The notes beneath the pieces are model-generated. The model was not told the origin of the DNA. It did no database searches and saw nothing but the letters and a program-made list of their open reading frames with translations. From NCBI RefSeq assembly GCF_000737315.1, contig NZ_JMCB01000002.1, positions 20,001 to 268,000 on the forward strand: DNA of 248,000 bases. The letters run 5' to 3'. Of this stretch, positions 219,075 through 230,907 are shown one piece after another. This DNA is from Hyalangium minutum. Lineage in GTDB: Bacteria > Myxococcota > Myxococcia > Myxococcales > Myxococcaceae. A program made the position numbers and the translations under genes. Numbering within the stretch: position 1 is the stretch's first letter; every line of letters begins with the position of its first letter.

Positions 219075-219275
219075 ATGCTCGTTGTCTGGTCCGCACTGTT
219101 GGGCGTCCTCATCTTCATGGGCATCATCGTGGTCACCCTGGTGTTCGGCGCCGCAGCGCACAGGGCTGAAAAGAAGGAACTGCTCCGGTCCGAGACCGAG
219201 CGGCTCGCGGGGCTGGATGGGGATGTCACCGCCGAGACCCCCCATCCCATCCACGATCGCTACGTCGAGGCCTGA
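219075..219275 (+). CDS. Small membrane protein
   Basis: One TM. Confidence 0.45.
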   Translation: MLVVWSALLGVLIFMGIIVVTLVFGAAAHRAEKKELLRSETERLAGLDGDVTAETPHPIHDRYVEA

Positions 219276-219294
219276 GGCCCCAGGTGGCAGGGCC

Positions 219295-220083
219295 TCACCG
219301 CGGGCGCGAGCTGTAGTAGCGCCGCAGCCAGCGGCTGAGGCCATCCAGGCCCGGGAAGAGGACGCGCTCTGTCACGTTGGCCTGGTCCAGCTTGTCCCGG
219401 ACCTCCCACTTCAGCGAGGCCGGGACGATGAGCCGGTGGACGCCTCGCTTCTGGTTCTCGAGGAAGGCGTCCAGCCGCAGCAGCGGGCCGTTCATCACCG
219501 AGAACAGCGCGAACTGGTTCACGATGCGGTCGTCCAGCGAGGGCGGCTCCAAGAAGAGCACGAAGGGGTGCTTCGTCAGCCGGTCGAACACGGACAGCTC
219601 TCTCGCCACCGACGCGAGCATCTCCGCCGTGAAGACGTCCGCGCCCTCTTCCCGGAGCTGGGCCTGCAAGGGTTTGGGCAGCAGCCGGTTCGTCTGGTGG
219701 TAGTCCACGCACCACACCACCCCGTCCGTGTCGTACAGCTCCGGGTCCTCCGTCAGGAAGTGGAGCGCCACGTAGGGGCTGAACGTCCAGTCCAGAAGCC
219801 GCGTCGGCAGTCCGTGATGCTGCGCCAGCGCCAGCCAGTCCCAGACCGACGCGCAGGGCTGGGTGCCTCCGCGCGCGTACTTGCGAAAGGCGCGCAGCAG
219901 ATCCTTCTCGTGCGCGGCGAAGTCCCCCTCGTGGCGGTTGAGCGAGGTGGAGAGGTCATGCCTCGCGTTCGGTACCCCGCGGAAGGCAAAGCTCGGCCGG
220001 AACCTTCGCAGGCCCTCGTTCCATGAGCCCGCGAAGAGCGCCTCCTGCAGCTCGAGCCAGCTGTTGACGCGTTCCTCTTTCAC
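219295..220083 (-). CDS. FRG domain protein
   Basis: FRG; AQHHGLPTRLLDWT; QFALF. Confidence 0.92.
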   Translation of the reverse strand: MKEERVNSWLELQEALFAGSWNEGLRRFRPSFAFRGVPNARHDLSTSLNRHEGDFAAHEKDLLRAFRKYARGGTQPCASVWDWLALAQHHGLPTRLLDWTFSPYVALHFLTEDPELYDTDGVVWCVDYHQTNRLLPKPLQAQLREEGADVFTAEMLASVARELSVFDRLTKHPFVLFLEPPSLDDRIVNQFALFSVMNGPLLRLDAFLENQKRGVHRLIVPASLKWEVRDKLDQANVTERVLFPGLDGLSRWLRRYYSSRPR

Positions 220084-220282
220084 ACCCTCCCCAGGTCCGA
220101 AGCTCTCGCTTCAATACTCACTCCCTGGGAGGCTTCACCAGCGCCTAGGTTCACGGGCGTGCACCACCCCACACGCTGCGCCTGCAGAGCGTGTGGCAGC
220201 GCACAGGCGCTTGGGCCTTTCAGGGTCCCTGGGTTCCCTCAAGCCCGAGGGTACGGCTGTTCGCCAGCCCCTTTTCGGGGGC

Positions 220283-220519
220283 TCAGGGCCGGCCTGAGTC
220301 CGCAGGCTGGTTGAAGGCGTAGGAGTCCGCGCCAGGAGCCTTGTCCTCGTGGAACAAGGGGCACTTGGCACAGGTGAAGCTGTCCCAGTCCTCCTTCACG
220401 GCGGCGTCCACGCAGGTGCTGTAGAAGCGGCAGTGGACGTTGCGGTGCTCTTCGATTCGGAACTGGTCGGCCCGCAATGGCAGGCGGAACGCAGTAGGTC
220501 GCGGCTGAGCGCAGGGCAT
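220283..220519 (-). CDS. Small Cys-containing protein
   Basis: C-x5-C and C-x2-C. Confidence 0.55.
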   Translation of the reverse strand: MPCAQPRPTAFRLPLRADQFRIEEHRNVHCRFYSTCVDAAVKEDWDSFTCAKCPLFHEDKAPGADSYAFNQPADSGRP

Positions 220520-220649
220520 GGTGAGTCACTCGTGGTTAGGTAGGCCCCCTCGTTTCACACGGACCAACGGCCGGTGCGTCGCGTCATTCCCGAGGAGGGG
220601 TGTCTTCCTCAACTGAATAACGCCGCCCATCCTTCCTGGCAGAGAGCGC

Positions 220650-221261
220650 TCAGGATCGGCGCCTGGCTCCCGCTTGCCGCGCCGCCTCCACGAACACCTC
220701 GTACGGCTGGCAGCCCACCACTCGGACGTTCCCGATGAAGAAGGTGGGGATGCCGCTCACTCCCGCAGCGCGGCCCTCGGCCTGCAGTTCATCCACCCGC
220801 GACTGATACTCAGGCGCATCCATGGCGGCGCTCGCCTGCTCGGCGGGCAGGCCTACCTGCTCGGCCAGCCGCGTCAGCACCTGCGGGTCTTCGAGGTCCG
220901 CGCCTTGCCGCCAGTACGCCTCCATGGCCGCATCGCGGAACTCCAGCAGCTTGCCGTGGGTTCGTGCCCACTCGGCCAGCGCGAGCGCCCGCCGGGTGTT
221001 GTTCAGCCGCAGGGGCAGCCGGATGCCGGTCACGCCAAAGCGCTGGGCGACTTGCGCCGCATGGGCTCGCATGCCCGCAGCGCGGCCCGGAAAGAGCTGT
221101 TCCATGTCGACACCCCCCCGAGGTGTCCGCGGGTTGAGCTCGAAACCCCGCCAATCCAGCTCTACGTCGTACTCTGTCTGCAGCCTGGCCAGGCTGCTCT
221201 GCTCCGCGATGAAGCAGAAGGGGCAAACGAAGTCCGAATACAGCCGGATGAGTGTGGCCAT
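220650..221261 (-). CDS. DsbA/FrnE family oxidoreductase
   Basis: DFVCPFC; GIPTF. Confidence 0.9.
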   Translation of the reverse strand: MATLIRLYSDFVCPFCFIAEQSSLARLQTEYDVELDWRGFELNPRTPRGGVDMEQLFPGRAAGMRAHAAQVAQRFGVTGIRLPLRLNNTRRALALAEWARTHGKLLEFRDAAMEAYWRQGADLEDPQVLTRLAEQVGLPAEQASAAMDAPEYQSRVDELQAEGRAAGVSGIPTFFIGNVRVVGCQPYEVFVEAARQAGARRRS

Positions 221262-221385
221262 GGTGCCCTCCTCGATAGGTTGTCTCTTACTTTCGCCGTA
221301 TGGGCCCTGCCAATCCCGCTCCCAGAGCGGCCGGGCAAGACGTTCATTCCTTCACCCGGACCGCACTTTCCCTGAAGATGCGCCC

Positions 221386-223188
221386 GTGTTCACGCCTGCA
221401 TACCCCCCCCGTGTTCCCTCGCGCCGGCTCGCGGCGCTTGCGCTGTGCGCCCTGTTCGCCGTGGCGGGCTGTACCGCCTTTGGCCGTGCCGTGAAGGAGG
221501 GTGACCAGTTCACCACCGAGCACAAATGGGCCGAGGCCGAGGCCGCCTACCTGCGCGCGCTCGCCGCGGATCCCGACGCGTCCGAGGTGACGGTCAAGCT
221601 GCGCTCCGTGCGCAAGGAGTGGAGCAAGGAGACCTACGACCAGGCCCAGAGCGTCCACGCCACCGGCGATCTGCCCGGCGCCCAGAAGCTGCTGCTCCGG
221701 GCCCTGGAGCTGGATGGAGAGAATGAGCCCGCGCGGACGTTGCTGACGCAGACGCTGGACGCGCGCGTGGCCGCAGGGCAGGCGGCGCTGAAGGAGGAGC
221801 GGCTGCAGGATGCGCGCGCCGAGTTCGACGCGGTGTTGGCCGTCTCGCCGGACCACGTGGCAGCTCGCAAAGGTGTGGATGCGGTGCAGGTAGCCTGGGC
221901 CCGGCGCTGGTTCAAGACGGCCCAGCAGCTCGAGGAGAGCGGGAAGCTGGGCAACGCGCTGCTGGCGTACCTGCGCGCGGACCAGGAGCGCGTGGGTGCC
222001 ACCGCGGCCCGCGAGCGCGCCGAGGCCGTGCGTCAGAAGCTGCGCGATGAGGTGGCCTACCTGGTGGTGGCTACCCCCGTGGAGGACAAGGCTCAGGCGC
222101 CGGATGTGGCCCAGCGGCTGGCCGCTGGACGGCTGGCCTCGATGCTCCCCAAGGAAGTGCCCATCCGTGTGGTGACGGAAGCTCCCGAGTCCAAGGTGGG
222201 TGTGAAGCTGGACCTGACCCTGGAGCGGGTGCTGCCCCTCAAGGCCGTGGAGCCCTTCCAGAAGACCCAGCGGTATCTGGCTGGCAATCGCTCCGTGCCC
222301 AACCCCAAGCGCCGGCAGTTCGAGGACCGGCTGCTCAACGCCGAGCGCACGCTGGAGGAGGTGGAGCGCAAGCAGGCCGTGGCGCTGCGCGACTACCTGC
222401 GCCGGCAGGCGGAGCTGAACACCGTGCGCCAGACGGCCGAGCGCTGCCGCGAGCGCGAGCGCAAGACCTGCCTGGAGATCATCCAGCGGTGCGGCGAGGC
222501 CGTCCGGGAGGTGGAGCAGGCTGGGCAGGTGCCCGAGGAGTGCAACCCGACGGCGTGCGCCACCCGTCAGTGCGGCCAGGAGGAAGCACTGCTGGCTCAG
222601 AATGCTGCCGTGGTGCTGCAGTTGGAGAAGCAGTTGGACGCGAGCTTGGAGCAGAACGAGCAGCAGCGGCGTGAGGTCCAACGCGGCCGGGACACCATGT
222701 TCCGCGAGCCCATCACGGTGGAGGAGCCGATGTACTCGGACTTCGTCTACGACGTGGAGCTGCACCGGCTCACCGTGAAGGCCACGGTCACCTCCGTGCT
222801 TCGGGAGCTGATGTCGGCCCAGGCCCCGCCCGCACCGGTGACGCAGGACTATGAGGTGAAGCACGAGGACTCCAGCAACAAGGGCTATGACCGGTATGGC
222901 GTGCTGGCGGATCCGGTGCAGCTGCGCAACGAGCTGGAGCTGCGCGTGGAGGTGGGCGACACGGCCATGGCGGACCTGGCCCACCGCGTGATGGAGCGCT
223001 TCGACGCGTATCGCCAGAAGCGGGTGGAGGATGCGCGCCGCGGCATGGTGCGCCCCGGCGCCGAGGATGTGGTGGAGACGTCGGTGCGGGTGCTGCTGCT
223101 GACCGCGGACAAGCCGCCCTCGGACATCCTCCTGCCTGTGACCCAGGCTCGGGGCCTGCAGCGCCCAGAGTCCCTCTTCAACAAGTGA
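221386..223188 (+). CDS. TPR lipoprotein
   Basis: Lipobox VAGC; TPRs. Confidence 0.7.
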   Translation: MFTPAYPPRVPSRRLAALALCALFAVAGCTAFGRAVKEGDQFTTEHKWAEAEAAYLRALAADPDASEVTVKLRSVRKEWSKETYDQAQSVHATGDLPGAQKLLLRALELDGENEPARTLLTQTLDARVAAGQAALKEERLQDARAEFDAVLAVSPDHVAARKGVDAVQVAWARRWFKTAQQLEESGKLGNALLAYLRADQERVGATAARERAEAVRQKLRDEVAYLVVATPVEDKAQAPDVAQRLAAGRLASMLPKEVPIRVVTEAPESKVGVKLDLTLERVLPLKAVEPFQKTQRYLAGNRSVPNPKRRQFEDRLLNAERTLEEVERKQAVALRDYLRRQAELNTVRQTAERCRERERKTCLEIIQRCGEAVREVEQAGQVPEECNPTACATRQCGQEEALLAQNAAVVLQLEKQLDASLEQNEQQRREVQRGRDTMFREPITVEEPMYSDFVYDVELHRLTVKATVTSVLRELMSAQAPPAPVTQDYEVKHEDSSNKGYDRYGVLADPVQLRNELELRVEVGDTAMADLAHRVMERFDAYRQKRVEDARRGMVRPGAEDVVETSVRVLLLTADKPPSDILLPVTQARGLQRPESLFNK

Positions 223189-223249
223189 CCTGCTAGGTTG
223201 AGCCCCAGGGCCTCCTCGCTCGAATCTTCTCCCGTTCGCCAAACCGAAC

Positions 223250-224182
223250 GTGTTAGGTAGGCCGCAGGAGGTCCTACCCAACATGGCTCCGAACTCTCAT
223301 CCGCTCGTCACCATGTTTGAGCGGTTTGTCGTCTTCCAGCAGCCACACCTGGAGATCGGGCGGCGCTATATCCAGGCGTTTGGGTTGGCCAAGGGAGTCA
223401 ATGCCATCGTCGAGGACATGAACGAGGGGCGCCTGCCTTGGGACAAGGCCCAGAAGGTCCTGGCGCAGATGCATTACCTCTTCATCGAGTCCATCGTCCG
223501 GCGGGTGGGCTTCGAGCGCTTCAGTGATGTGCTCAAGGAGCCGGAGTACCTGGCCATGCAGGCGCAGAGCGTCGCGAGCGAGCAGCAGCGCCATGGCCCC
223601 TTCCCAGAAGATCGCTATGCCCGAGCGATCGAGTCGTTCGCCTGGAACTCCCTGCGCCACTGGCACTTCGTGGCGCAAGACCTTGGGGGCCGCCACATCT
223701 ATGAAATCACTCCCCGGCTTGCCCAGGTGCTGCGCCGGCCTCCTCCCCTGGAGGAGCCTTGGAGAAGGCCTCGGCTCCCCGTGCCCTCCTTGCTTCTCAT
223801 TGTCCCCGAAGAGGCGAAGCTCACCATCACCCTGAAAGGCTTCACCTCCCGGGAGGTCACCGAGATCTACGTTGTCGAGTCATCGCCGCCGCAGCACCAG
223901 TGGGCTGTGTGGATCCACGCTCCCATCGACGACTCCCTCAGTGAATCTGTGTATCTCGAGCTCCCGTTCTCCGCGGAGGGCACCCTCGAGGAGGGCCTCG
224001 ACCGCGCGCACGACATGTTCCAGAAGGACTCGCCGTCGATCGACGGCTGGAAGGAGTGCGTGCGCTGGCTCGCCGCCGCCATGCGCTACCTGGACCAGGG
224101 GGGGGCCCGCATGGAGTTCCAGCCCGGGGAGAGTGATCCTTCGCGCCGCGTCCTCATCGGCGACTCGGAGGCCATTCAATAG
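223250..224182 (+). CDS. Hypothetical protein
   Basis: 310-aa ORF. Confidence 0.55.
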   Translation: MLGRPQEVLPNMAPNSHPLVTMFERFVVFQQPHLEIGRRYIQAFGLAKGVNAIVEDMNEGRLPWDKAQKVLAQMHYLFIESIVRRVGFERFSDVLKEPEYLAMQAQSVASEQQRHGPFPEDRYARAIESFAWNSLRHWHFVAQDLGGRHIYEITPRLAQVLRRPPPLEEPWRRPRLPVPSLLLIVPEEAKLTITLKGFTSREVTEIYVVESSPPQHQWAVWIHAPIDDSLSESVYLELPFSAEGTLEEGLDRAHDMFQKDSPSIDGWKECVRWLAAAMRYLDQGGARMEFQPGESDPSRRVLIGDSEAIQ

Positions 224183-224191
224183 GAGAGGGAC

Positions 224192-227100
224192 TCACGGGGC
224201 CTTGGCCACCGGGATCATCTCCTCGCGGCGCAGCAGGAGCAGCGCGTCGTTCTTCGGCAGGATTCGCACCTGGAAGCGCCGCCGGTACTCATCCTCCGGT
224301 GTGAAGACGCCCCGGTCACTCACCAGCAGCAGCGCCGTGGGCACGACGTACCGCTGGGAGCGGTTACCGTAGTAGTGCACCACCACGTGATACGGCCCCG
224401 GTGCCGCTTTGCGCGCGTGGTACAGCTCCGGCCCCAATCCATCCGTGATGTCCCAGAAGAGCTTGCCGCCCAGCTGCGTCGTCCGGTGGGAGTAGAAGCA
224501 GCGCTCCCCGTTGGGCTCGATCACCCAGAGGTCGATGTCCGTGTTGTCCGAGTTCCAGTGCGTGGTGAGCTGGTAGTCGATCGGCTGGAAGTCCATGGCC
224601 ACTCCGTCTTGCTGGAGCTTCGCCAGCTCGGCTTGCCGGGCGCGCAGCACGCTCGCGATACCCTCCGCACGCGGGTGCCGGGCCAGGCCGTTGAGCATGC
224701 GGGCGTAGTGGTAGGCCGCCGCCGTCCTCAGCTCCGAAGGGTGCCGCGGCCAGTTGCGCGCCAGGACGATCTCGTAGTTGCGCGCCGCCTCCGAGTAGCG
224801 GCCTGTCGCGTCCAGCGCCAGCGCCTCCTCGAGGAACGCCTGGGCTTCGAAGGGCCGGTTGAGCCGCACATGCTCGAAGAGCTCCGCCGCCGCCGGGTAC
224901 TGGCCCAGCGCCAACATGCCGTAGCCCACCAGGCGCAGCGCCTCGGCGTCCGTTGGCCGCAGCTCCACCGGTGAGGAGAGCGCCCGCACCGCGCCCCAGG
225001 TGTCTCCCACGAAGGCCCGCTTGCGCGCGATGGCTTCGTACACGAGCACGTCATCCCGGTTCTCGCGCCGCGCCGTCCGGTACTGCAGCTCCGCCTGGAG
225101 GCGCTCGTCCCCTCCCGCGTAGGGCTCGTCCTTGAGCGGTTGCTTCCGCAACATCGCTCCCAGCTGGCTCTTGAGCTCGCTCAGCTTACGCACCACCTGC
225201 CGGCCCGAGTCCGGTACGTCATCCAGGGCGATACCCAGCAGCTTGTCGCGCCGCTGATCCTCTTCCTTCCTGCGCAGCCCCTCCAGGTCCTGCAGGTCCA
225301 CCTGCTCGTTCTTCACGGAGTAGCGGGTGTAGTCGCCCTCGGACTCCAGCACGAGCATGGAGGCTCGCGCGTTGGCCAGCCGGTAGTGCTGGCTGAGCGC
225401 CACCACCATCCGGTCCAGCCGTTCGTCATCCAGTGAGACGAGCCGCGACACGAAGAGCTCCGCCCACGCCCGGGGCGCGAAGCTGCTGTCCGTGTCGCGC
225501 GGCAGCGGCACGCGCAGCACGCGCTCTTGCTCGCCCACGCGGGTCACCACTTCCAGCTCCGCCGCGCCTTCGCCCGGCAGCCGCCCCGCCACCTGTAGCT
225601 CCTGGCCCGGGAAGACGAGCCGCGGACGGCCCGCCACCACCAGATCCTTCACTGCCGTGCCCTTCACCTCCACACGTGCCAGCACGACCGAGGCTGCACG
225701 GTGTGCCAGGGCCGCCGCGTCCACCTCCAAGCCGGACAGCACGTTCACCACGCGGCCGTCGCTGGCACGCGCCAGCGCGTCGAACAGCTCCTGGTTCACC
225801 GCCGACTCGCCGAAGCGGTAGGTCATCCACCGCAGCGTCTCCACGCTCGGGTGGTTGGCCACCAGCGCCTCCACGCGCCCCTGGCCCCAGGTGGTGAGGC
225901 CGTCCGAGAGCAGGAACGCCGTCACCCGCTCCCCCGCTTTGGCCGGCTTGAGCCAGTCGCCTCCCGCATGGTCCAGCTCCTCCAGCATTCCGTCCACGTG
226001 CGAGGCCCCCTCCAGGAAGATGTTCTCCAGCTCGGAGAACGTCTGCTGGCGGTGCTCGACGTCGTTGGGCCGCCAGCCCGGGCTGTGGAGCCAGCGCGGG
226101 CGCACGTCGAACAGCAGCACCGCGTACTCCTTCAGCGAGTCATCCTTCTCCAGCAGGGCTCGCAGCGTGGCGGCCTGGAGCGCCCAGGCGTTGCCGTCGT
226201 CCGCTGACAGCGAGGTGTCCACCACCAGCACCGCACGTCCCGTGGGAGGGCCCCCCTCCCCCGAGGTCAGCTTCTCGGGCAGCCGCACCCGCGCGTAGAA
226301 GGCCTGTCCCGGAAGCCCCGCCGCGTCCTTGCCCACCAGCACGTCCGCGTCCGCGTTCCGTGGCGCCAGTGCCACCGCCAGCGTGCCGTCTCCCTGAAGC
226401 TTGGGCAGATCATGCGCCTGCCAGGGGCCCAGCGTCCGAGGCTTCCCCGCCGGAGTGGGCTGCACCGACACCTCGCCTACCTGCCGCGGATCCACGTGCA
226501 CGCGCGCGGAGACCTGCACCCCTTGTCCTGCTCCCGGAGGCAGCGGCCACGTATAGCGCAGGCGCTGGCCGTCGAAGAGCAGCGTCTGCTCGTAGGCGAT
226601 GACGACCCGCTTGAGCGACTTGGGCGGCAGCGGGAACACCCTCGCGCTGAACGTCGAGGCCCCCGCCCACTCCAGCAGCGCCGGATCCACGTTGCGGCGG
226701 ACCACGTCCTCGTAGACCTCCCGGGCTCGCTTCTGCTCGACGACGCGGGCCTCCTGGCGCTCGCCCCAAGAGCGCTTCGCACCAGCAGGACTCGGAGGGG
226801 CTGCGGAGGCCAGCTCTTCCTCCTTGCCCGAACTGTCGCCCAGCGAGGGCAGCAGCTCGGATGACTGGAAGAGCGAGGGAGAGTCCACCGCCACCGAGCC
226901 CGAGTAGAGCGCGAAGCCCGCCACCGTCGCTCCTCCGGGCAGCGGGTAGAAGAAGGTCCCCTCCAGGCTGCGGGCCGTGTCGTTCTCGAAGAGGTGGTCC
227001 ACCACCGTCCGCGCCCGGGAGCCCTGGATGTACGTCACCACCCGCACTGCGCGCAGCTTGAGCGGCGCGTAGCGTCCGGACTCGTTCGTCACCAGCACCT

Positions 227101-227764
227101 TGGCCGTGCGCGGCGCGGCCTCTACCTTCGGAAGCACCGGCGTGGGGAGCGTGTCCTCCTTGCCGCCCTTGGCCTTCTTCGCGGGCTCCGGCGCGTTTCC
227201 GCCACCTGAGCTCATTCCGAAGAGCTCACCGCTTGTGGCGTTCCTCGCGGGAGCCATTCTCGCTCCTGCAGGGGCTGAGGCCCGGGGAGGAGGCGGAGGA
227301 GGCGGAGCGCTGGGAGCTGGCGCTACGGCGCCACCGAGCACACCGCCAACGACTCCGCCCACAACGCCTCCGACAACTCCTCCTTCCACTCCGTCCTCGG
227401 CCGGCGCGCTCCTCTCCGCCATCGGCTCGCCGGGAGCCTCGTGTTCCGCGGGGGCGGGGCGTGGGCGTGCCGCCTCCTCGAGCTTGGCGACCTGCTCTTC
227501 GGTAATGACCTGCGGATCCGCCACGGAGTCCCGCAGCTCCGCGAGGTCCACGGCTCCTGTGTCCGCGGCCGCGAGTACGGCCTCGGGAGCTGCCAGCCCT
227601 GCCTTCTTGAAGCGCTCCACCTCTTCCTTCGATGCCGTGGCTGCCGGGGACGCCGGCTGCGACGGAGGCGTGGGAGGCTTGGGCTCACCGGGTGTGCTAC
227701 GGGTGCAGCCCGAGAGAAGGAGCCACGTCGACAGCAGGAGGGCCGAGGCGCGCGTCAGGTGCAT
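224192..227764 (-). CDS. VIT/VWA/TPR lipoprotein with DUF2135-like C-terminus
   Basis: [10 protein letters not shown]; VDTSLS; DIDLWVIEP; DITDGLGPE. Confidence 0.8.
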   Translation of the reverse strand: MHLTRASALLLSTWLLLSGCTRSTPGEPKPPTPPSQPASPAATASKEEVERFKKAGLAAPEAVLAAADTGAVDLAELRDSVADPQVITEEQVAKLEEAARPRPAPAEHEAPGEPMAERSAPAEDGVEGGVVGGVVGGVVGGVLGGAVAPAPSAPPPPPPPRASAPAGARMAPARNATSGELFGMSSGGGNAPEPAKKAKGGKEDTLPTPVLPKVEAAPRTAKVLVTNESGRYAPLKLRAVRVVTYIQGSRARTVVDHLFENDTARSLEGTFFYPLPGGATVAGFALYSGSVAVDSPSLFQSSELLPSLGDSSGKEEELASAAPPSPAGAKRSWGERQEARVVEQKRAREVYEDVVRRNVDPALLEWAGASTFSARVFPLPPKSLKRVVIAYEQTLLFDGQRLRYTWPLPPGAGQGVQVSARVHVDPRQVGEVSVQPTPAGKPRTLGPWQAHDLPKLQGDGTLAVALAPRNADADVLVGKDAAGLPGQAFYARVRLPEKLTSGEGGPPTGRAVLVVDTSLSADDGNAWALQAATLRALLEKDDSLKEYAVLLFDVRPRWLHSPGWRPNDVEHRQQTFSELENIFLEGASHVDGMLEELDHAGGDWLKPAKAGERVTAFLLSDGLTTWGQGRVEALVANHPSVETLRWMTYRFGESAVNQELFDALARASDGRVVNVLSGLEVDAAALAHRAASVVLARVEVKGTAVKDLVVAGRPRLVFPGQELQVAGRLPGEGAAELEVVTRVGEQERVLRVPLPRDTDSSFAPRAWAELFVSRLVSLDDERLDRMVVALSQHYRLANARASMLVLESEGDYTRYSVKNEQVDLQDLEGLRRKEEDQRRDKLLGIALDDVPDSGRQVVRKLSELKSQLGAMLRKQPLKDEPYAGGDERLQAELQYRTARRENRDDVLVYEAIARKRAFVGDTWGAVRALSSPVELRPTDAEALRLVGYGMLALGQYPAAAELFEHVRLNRPFEAQAFLEEALALDATGRYSEAARNYEIVLARNWPRHPSELRTAAAYHYARMLNGLARHPRAEGIASVLRARQAELAKLQQDGVAMDFQPIDYQLTTHWNSDNTDIDLWVIEPNGERCFYSHRTTQLGGKLFWDITDGLGPELYHARKAAPGPYHVVVHYYGNRSQRYVVPTALLLVSDRGVFTPEDEYRRRFQVRILPKNDALLLLRREEMIPVAKAP

Positions 227765-227831
227765 GCCCCGGGACGTTAGCCCAAGGTGCCTTGTGTGTGC
227801 GCCGGGGACCTGAGAGGTCCCTGCTCTCGCG

Positions 227832-229094
227832 TCAGTCCACGTTCGCGCTCACGCCACCGTGCTGGAGGCGGAGCTGCTCCAGGTGACGGCGCCGGGCGTC
227901 AGCCGCAGCCAGGTTCCACGCGCCCGCGAGCAGGCCCGTCAGCAGACAGCCCCCCCAGAGGGTGGTGGAGCCAAAACGGCCCAGCACCGTCCCGCCCAGC
228001 GCTGGCGCGAGGCAGGAGGCCACTCCCCAACTCATGGAAAAGACGCCCTGGTAGCTGCCGCGCAGCTGAGGCGAGGCGAGATCCGCCACCACCGAGGAGG
228101 AGACGGTCGCGCCGAGGATCTCCCCCACCGTCCACACGGCCACGGCGAGCATGGCCAGCGGAACGGTGGCGGACAGCGCGTGCAGCCCGAAGCCCAGCCC
228201 GGTGAACACCGCACCCGCCGCGAGCACGGAGGAGCGGCGCCACCGGGTGACGAGGCGCGCCATAATGGGCTGCAGCAGGACGATCAGCACCCCGTTGACG
228301 GCCATGATCGTCCCGTACTCCGTCGTCCGCAGTCCGCGGGCGATCAGGTCCAAGGCGAGCGCCGTGTGGCCCTGGAAGAAGATCAGCGCCACCATGAAGT
228401 TGGGCACCCAGAAGGCCAGGAAGGTCTTGTCCTTGAAGGGGACGGCCGAAGGCAGCAGCGAGCGCGAGGGGGTGAACTGGGGACTGGTCTCCGGGACCTT
228501 GAACCAGACGACGCAGCCGTAGATGAAGGTGGTGAGCGCATCCCCCACGAAGAGCAGCAGGAAGCCGCCCTGGGCCACGAAGCCTCCTAGCGGCAGGGCG
228601 ATGGCGAAGCCCACGTTCACCACCCAGTACAGCAGGCCATAGGCGCGAACCCGATCATTGGGGGCCACCACGTCCGCGACGGCTGCGGATACAGCGGGCC
228701 GGTAGAGATCTCCCAGGAGTCCGGCGGTGAAGGCGGCGATGCGCAGCCACAGGAGCTGCTCGGAGAAGCCCAGGAAGAGCATTCCTCCCGAGGCCAGCCA
228801 GAGCCCCAGCACCAGCGCGATGCGGCGCCCGAACCGGTCCGCGAGCATCCCGCCCACCAAGGAGGACAGCATCGAGCCCGCGCCGAACAGCGCCACGACA
228901 AAGCCAGCCCGCTCCTCCGTGAGGCCCCGCTCGCGCGTCAGGTAGATCGCCAGAAAGGGCACGACGAAGCCGCCCAGCCGGTTCACCAGGGTGCCCACCC
229001 ACAAGACCCAATAGGTGGAGGGCAACCCGCCGACGGTGACACGCAGCTGCTCCACGAGCTTGTGGCGGAGCGTCACGGTGGAAGGGGAGGACAT
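227832..229094 (-). CDS. MFS transporter
   Basis: [11 protein letters not shown]; about 12 TMs. Confidence 0.92.
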   Translation of the reverse strand: MSSPSTVTLRHKLVEQLRVTVGGLPSTYWVLWVGTLVNRLGGFVVPFLAIYLTRERGLTEERAGFVVALFGAGSMLSSLVGGMLADRFGRRIALVLGLWLASGGMLFLGFSEQLLWLRIAAFTAGLLGDLYRPAVSAAVADVVAPNDRVRAYGLLYWVVNVGFAIALPLGGFVAQGGFLLLFVGDALTTFIYGCVVWFKVPETSPQFTPSRSLLPSAVPFKDKTFLAFWVPNFMVALIFFQGHTALALDLIARGLRTTEYGTIMAVNGVLIVLLQPIMARLVTRWRRSSVLAAGAVFTGLGFGLHALSATVPLAMLAVAVWTVGEILGATVSSSVVADLASPQLRGSYQGVFSMSWGVASCLAPALGGTVLGRFGSTTLWGGCLLTGLLAGAWNLAAADARRRHLEQLRLQHGGVSANVD

Positions 229095-229213
229095 GCTGGC
229101 GCGCAGCATGCGCCAGAGCCCGGCGCTCTCCAAGAGGGGGGTGGGTTCACCCGTGGAGGGCGCCCGGTGCTGCCGTCGGGTGCTGGCTCGTCCCCTCGCT
229201 TGCTGAGCTGGCG

Positions 229214-229810
229214 TCAGCCTTTCACCACGGGCAGGGCCGCGAGCGCGGCGGGGCGCTTCTCCGGAGCGCACATGTTGTTGTCAGCCGGGCGCTTGCCGAA
229301 GAAGAGCTGGTTGCCCTCCACCCTCACGAGGTCGTGGTCCGTGCCGCACGCGGACGTGGGCTGGAAGAACAGGCAGCCCGTGGCTGTCGTCCGCTGCTCC
229401 TCGCCCACCTTCCACGTGCCCGTGCCGCACTTCGCGTTCTGGAACGCGTCCGCCAGCGGCTGCATGTGCGGCGTCATGTAGAGCTCTCCGAAGCCGAAGT
229501 TGCCCTCGGTGGCCCCCGGTACCGCCGCCGAGTCCTTCACCAGCGTGTACGGCCCCTGGACGCGCGCGGTGAACAGCTTCGCCTGGCACTGTGCGTCCCC
229601 GAACGCCTCCAGCCGCAGCGCCCAGGTGTTCTCCGTCAGCGTGAAGTGGCGCTGGATGTAGTTGTTGTTCCCAGCGGGTTCGCACGTGGGGCTGTCCCAG
229701 GCGCCAGCCAGTTCCTGCGGCGTCACCGCTGTCTTGGGCCCCTGCGGGGTGGTGGCGCAGGCGGCGGACAGCGCGGCGAGGGCAGCGAGGAGGCGGAGCG
229801 AGGTCTTCAT
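229214..229810 (-). CDS. APCDD1-like domain lipoprotein
   Basis: Lipobox SAAC; GAWDSPTCE; LFFGKRPAD. Confidence 0.55.
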   Translation of the reverse strand: MKTSLRLLAALAALSAACATTPQGPKTAVTPQELAGAWDSPTCEPAGNNNYIQRHFTLTENTWALRLEAFGDAQCQAKLFTARVQGPYTLVKDSAAVPGATEGNFGFGELYMTPHMQPLADAFQNAKCGTGTWKVGEEQRTTATGCLFFQPTSACGTDHDLVRVEGNQLFFGKRPADNNMCAPEKRPAALAALPVVKG

Positions 229811-229932
229811 GGTGTGCTTCCTTTCACGGTGAATCGGGCGCGGCGTGCGTCCCGAACGCTCCAAGAAATGCCTCAGCCTTCGCCCTGCGGAAACGCTGGA
229901 GTTCGCCGGATACCCCTGCGAATCTGCAGGCC

Positions 229933-230907
229933 ATGCCGCATTGGGATGACCTTCGCTACTTCCTGGCCATCGCCCGGGAGGGTTCACTCGCCTCGGCGGG
230001 ACGGGCGCTCCGGGTGGATGCCACCACCGTAGGACGGAGGCTCAGCGTGCTCGAGGAGGGGCTGGGGGCGCGGCTCTTCGACCGGATGCCCGCGGGCTTC
230101 GTGCTCACGGAGGCCGGGCGCAACATCCGCTCCGCCGTAGAGGAGATGGAGGCCGCCGTGCTCGCCGTGGAGCGCAAGGCCAGTGGGGATGACACCCGCT
230201 TGGAGGGCGTGGTGCGCGTCACCATGACCGAGGCCTTCGCCGTGAGCACGTTGCTGCCCCGCTTCGCCCCTTTTCGCGAGCGCCACCCTGGCATCGAGGT
230301 GCAGTTCCTCACCGACTACGGCGCCCTGGACCTCGTCCGGCGCGAGGCGGACATCGCCGTGCGCCTCACCCGTCCCAAGGAAGACACACTGGTGGCTCGC
230401 AAGGTGGGGGAGATCGCCATCGCCCCCTATGCCGCCGAGCGCTACCTGACTCGCAAGGGGCAGCCAGATCCAGCGTCCGGCTTCGCCGGGCACGAGGTCA
230501 TCGGCTACGCGGATGCGGCCTCGAAGTGGCCCGAGGCGCGGTGGGTGGGGGAGGTGGGGGCCTCGGCTCGGGTGGCGGTGCGCTGCAACTCGCTGCTGTC
230601 GGTGGTGGCGGCTGCCGCGGCGGGTGTGGGGATTGGGCTGATGCCGTGTTTCATGGGCGACAGGGATCCGGAGCTGCGCCGGCTGATGCCCCCCGTTTCT
230701 TCCCTGCGGCGCGATATCTGGCTGGTGGTTCACCGCGACTTGCAGCACAACGCGCGTGTGCGTGCCGTGCTTCACTTCCTTGACGAGCTCATCCAGCGTG
230801 AGCGCCCGCTCATCGCGGGAGAGGGGCTTGTCTCGCCCACGTCCGAGCCCGTGGCGCCCTCCCGGCCCCCTGCGGTGGCACGCAAGCCGAGGGCTCGCTC
230901 CGTATGA
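229933..230907 (+). CDS. LysR family regulator
   Basis: WDDLRYFLAIAREGS; READIAVR. Confidence 0.92.
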   Translation: MPHWDDLRYFLAIAREGSLASAGRALRVDATTVGRRLSVLEEGLGARLFDRMPAGFVLTEAGRNIRSAVEEMEAAVLAVERKASGDDTRLEGVVRVTMTEAFAVSTLLPRFAPFRERHPGIEVQFLTDYGALDLVRREADIAVRLTRPKEDTLVARKVGEIAIAPYAAERYLTRKGQPDPASGFAGHEVIGYADAASKWPEARWVGEVGASARVAVRCNSLLSVVAAAAAGVGIGLMPCFMGDRDPELRRLMPPVSSLRRDIWLVVHRDLQHNARVRAVLHFLDELIQRERPLIAGEGLVSPTSEPVAPSRPPAVARKPRARSV

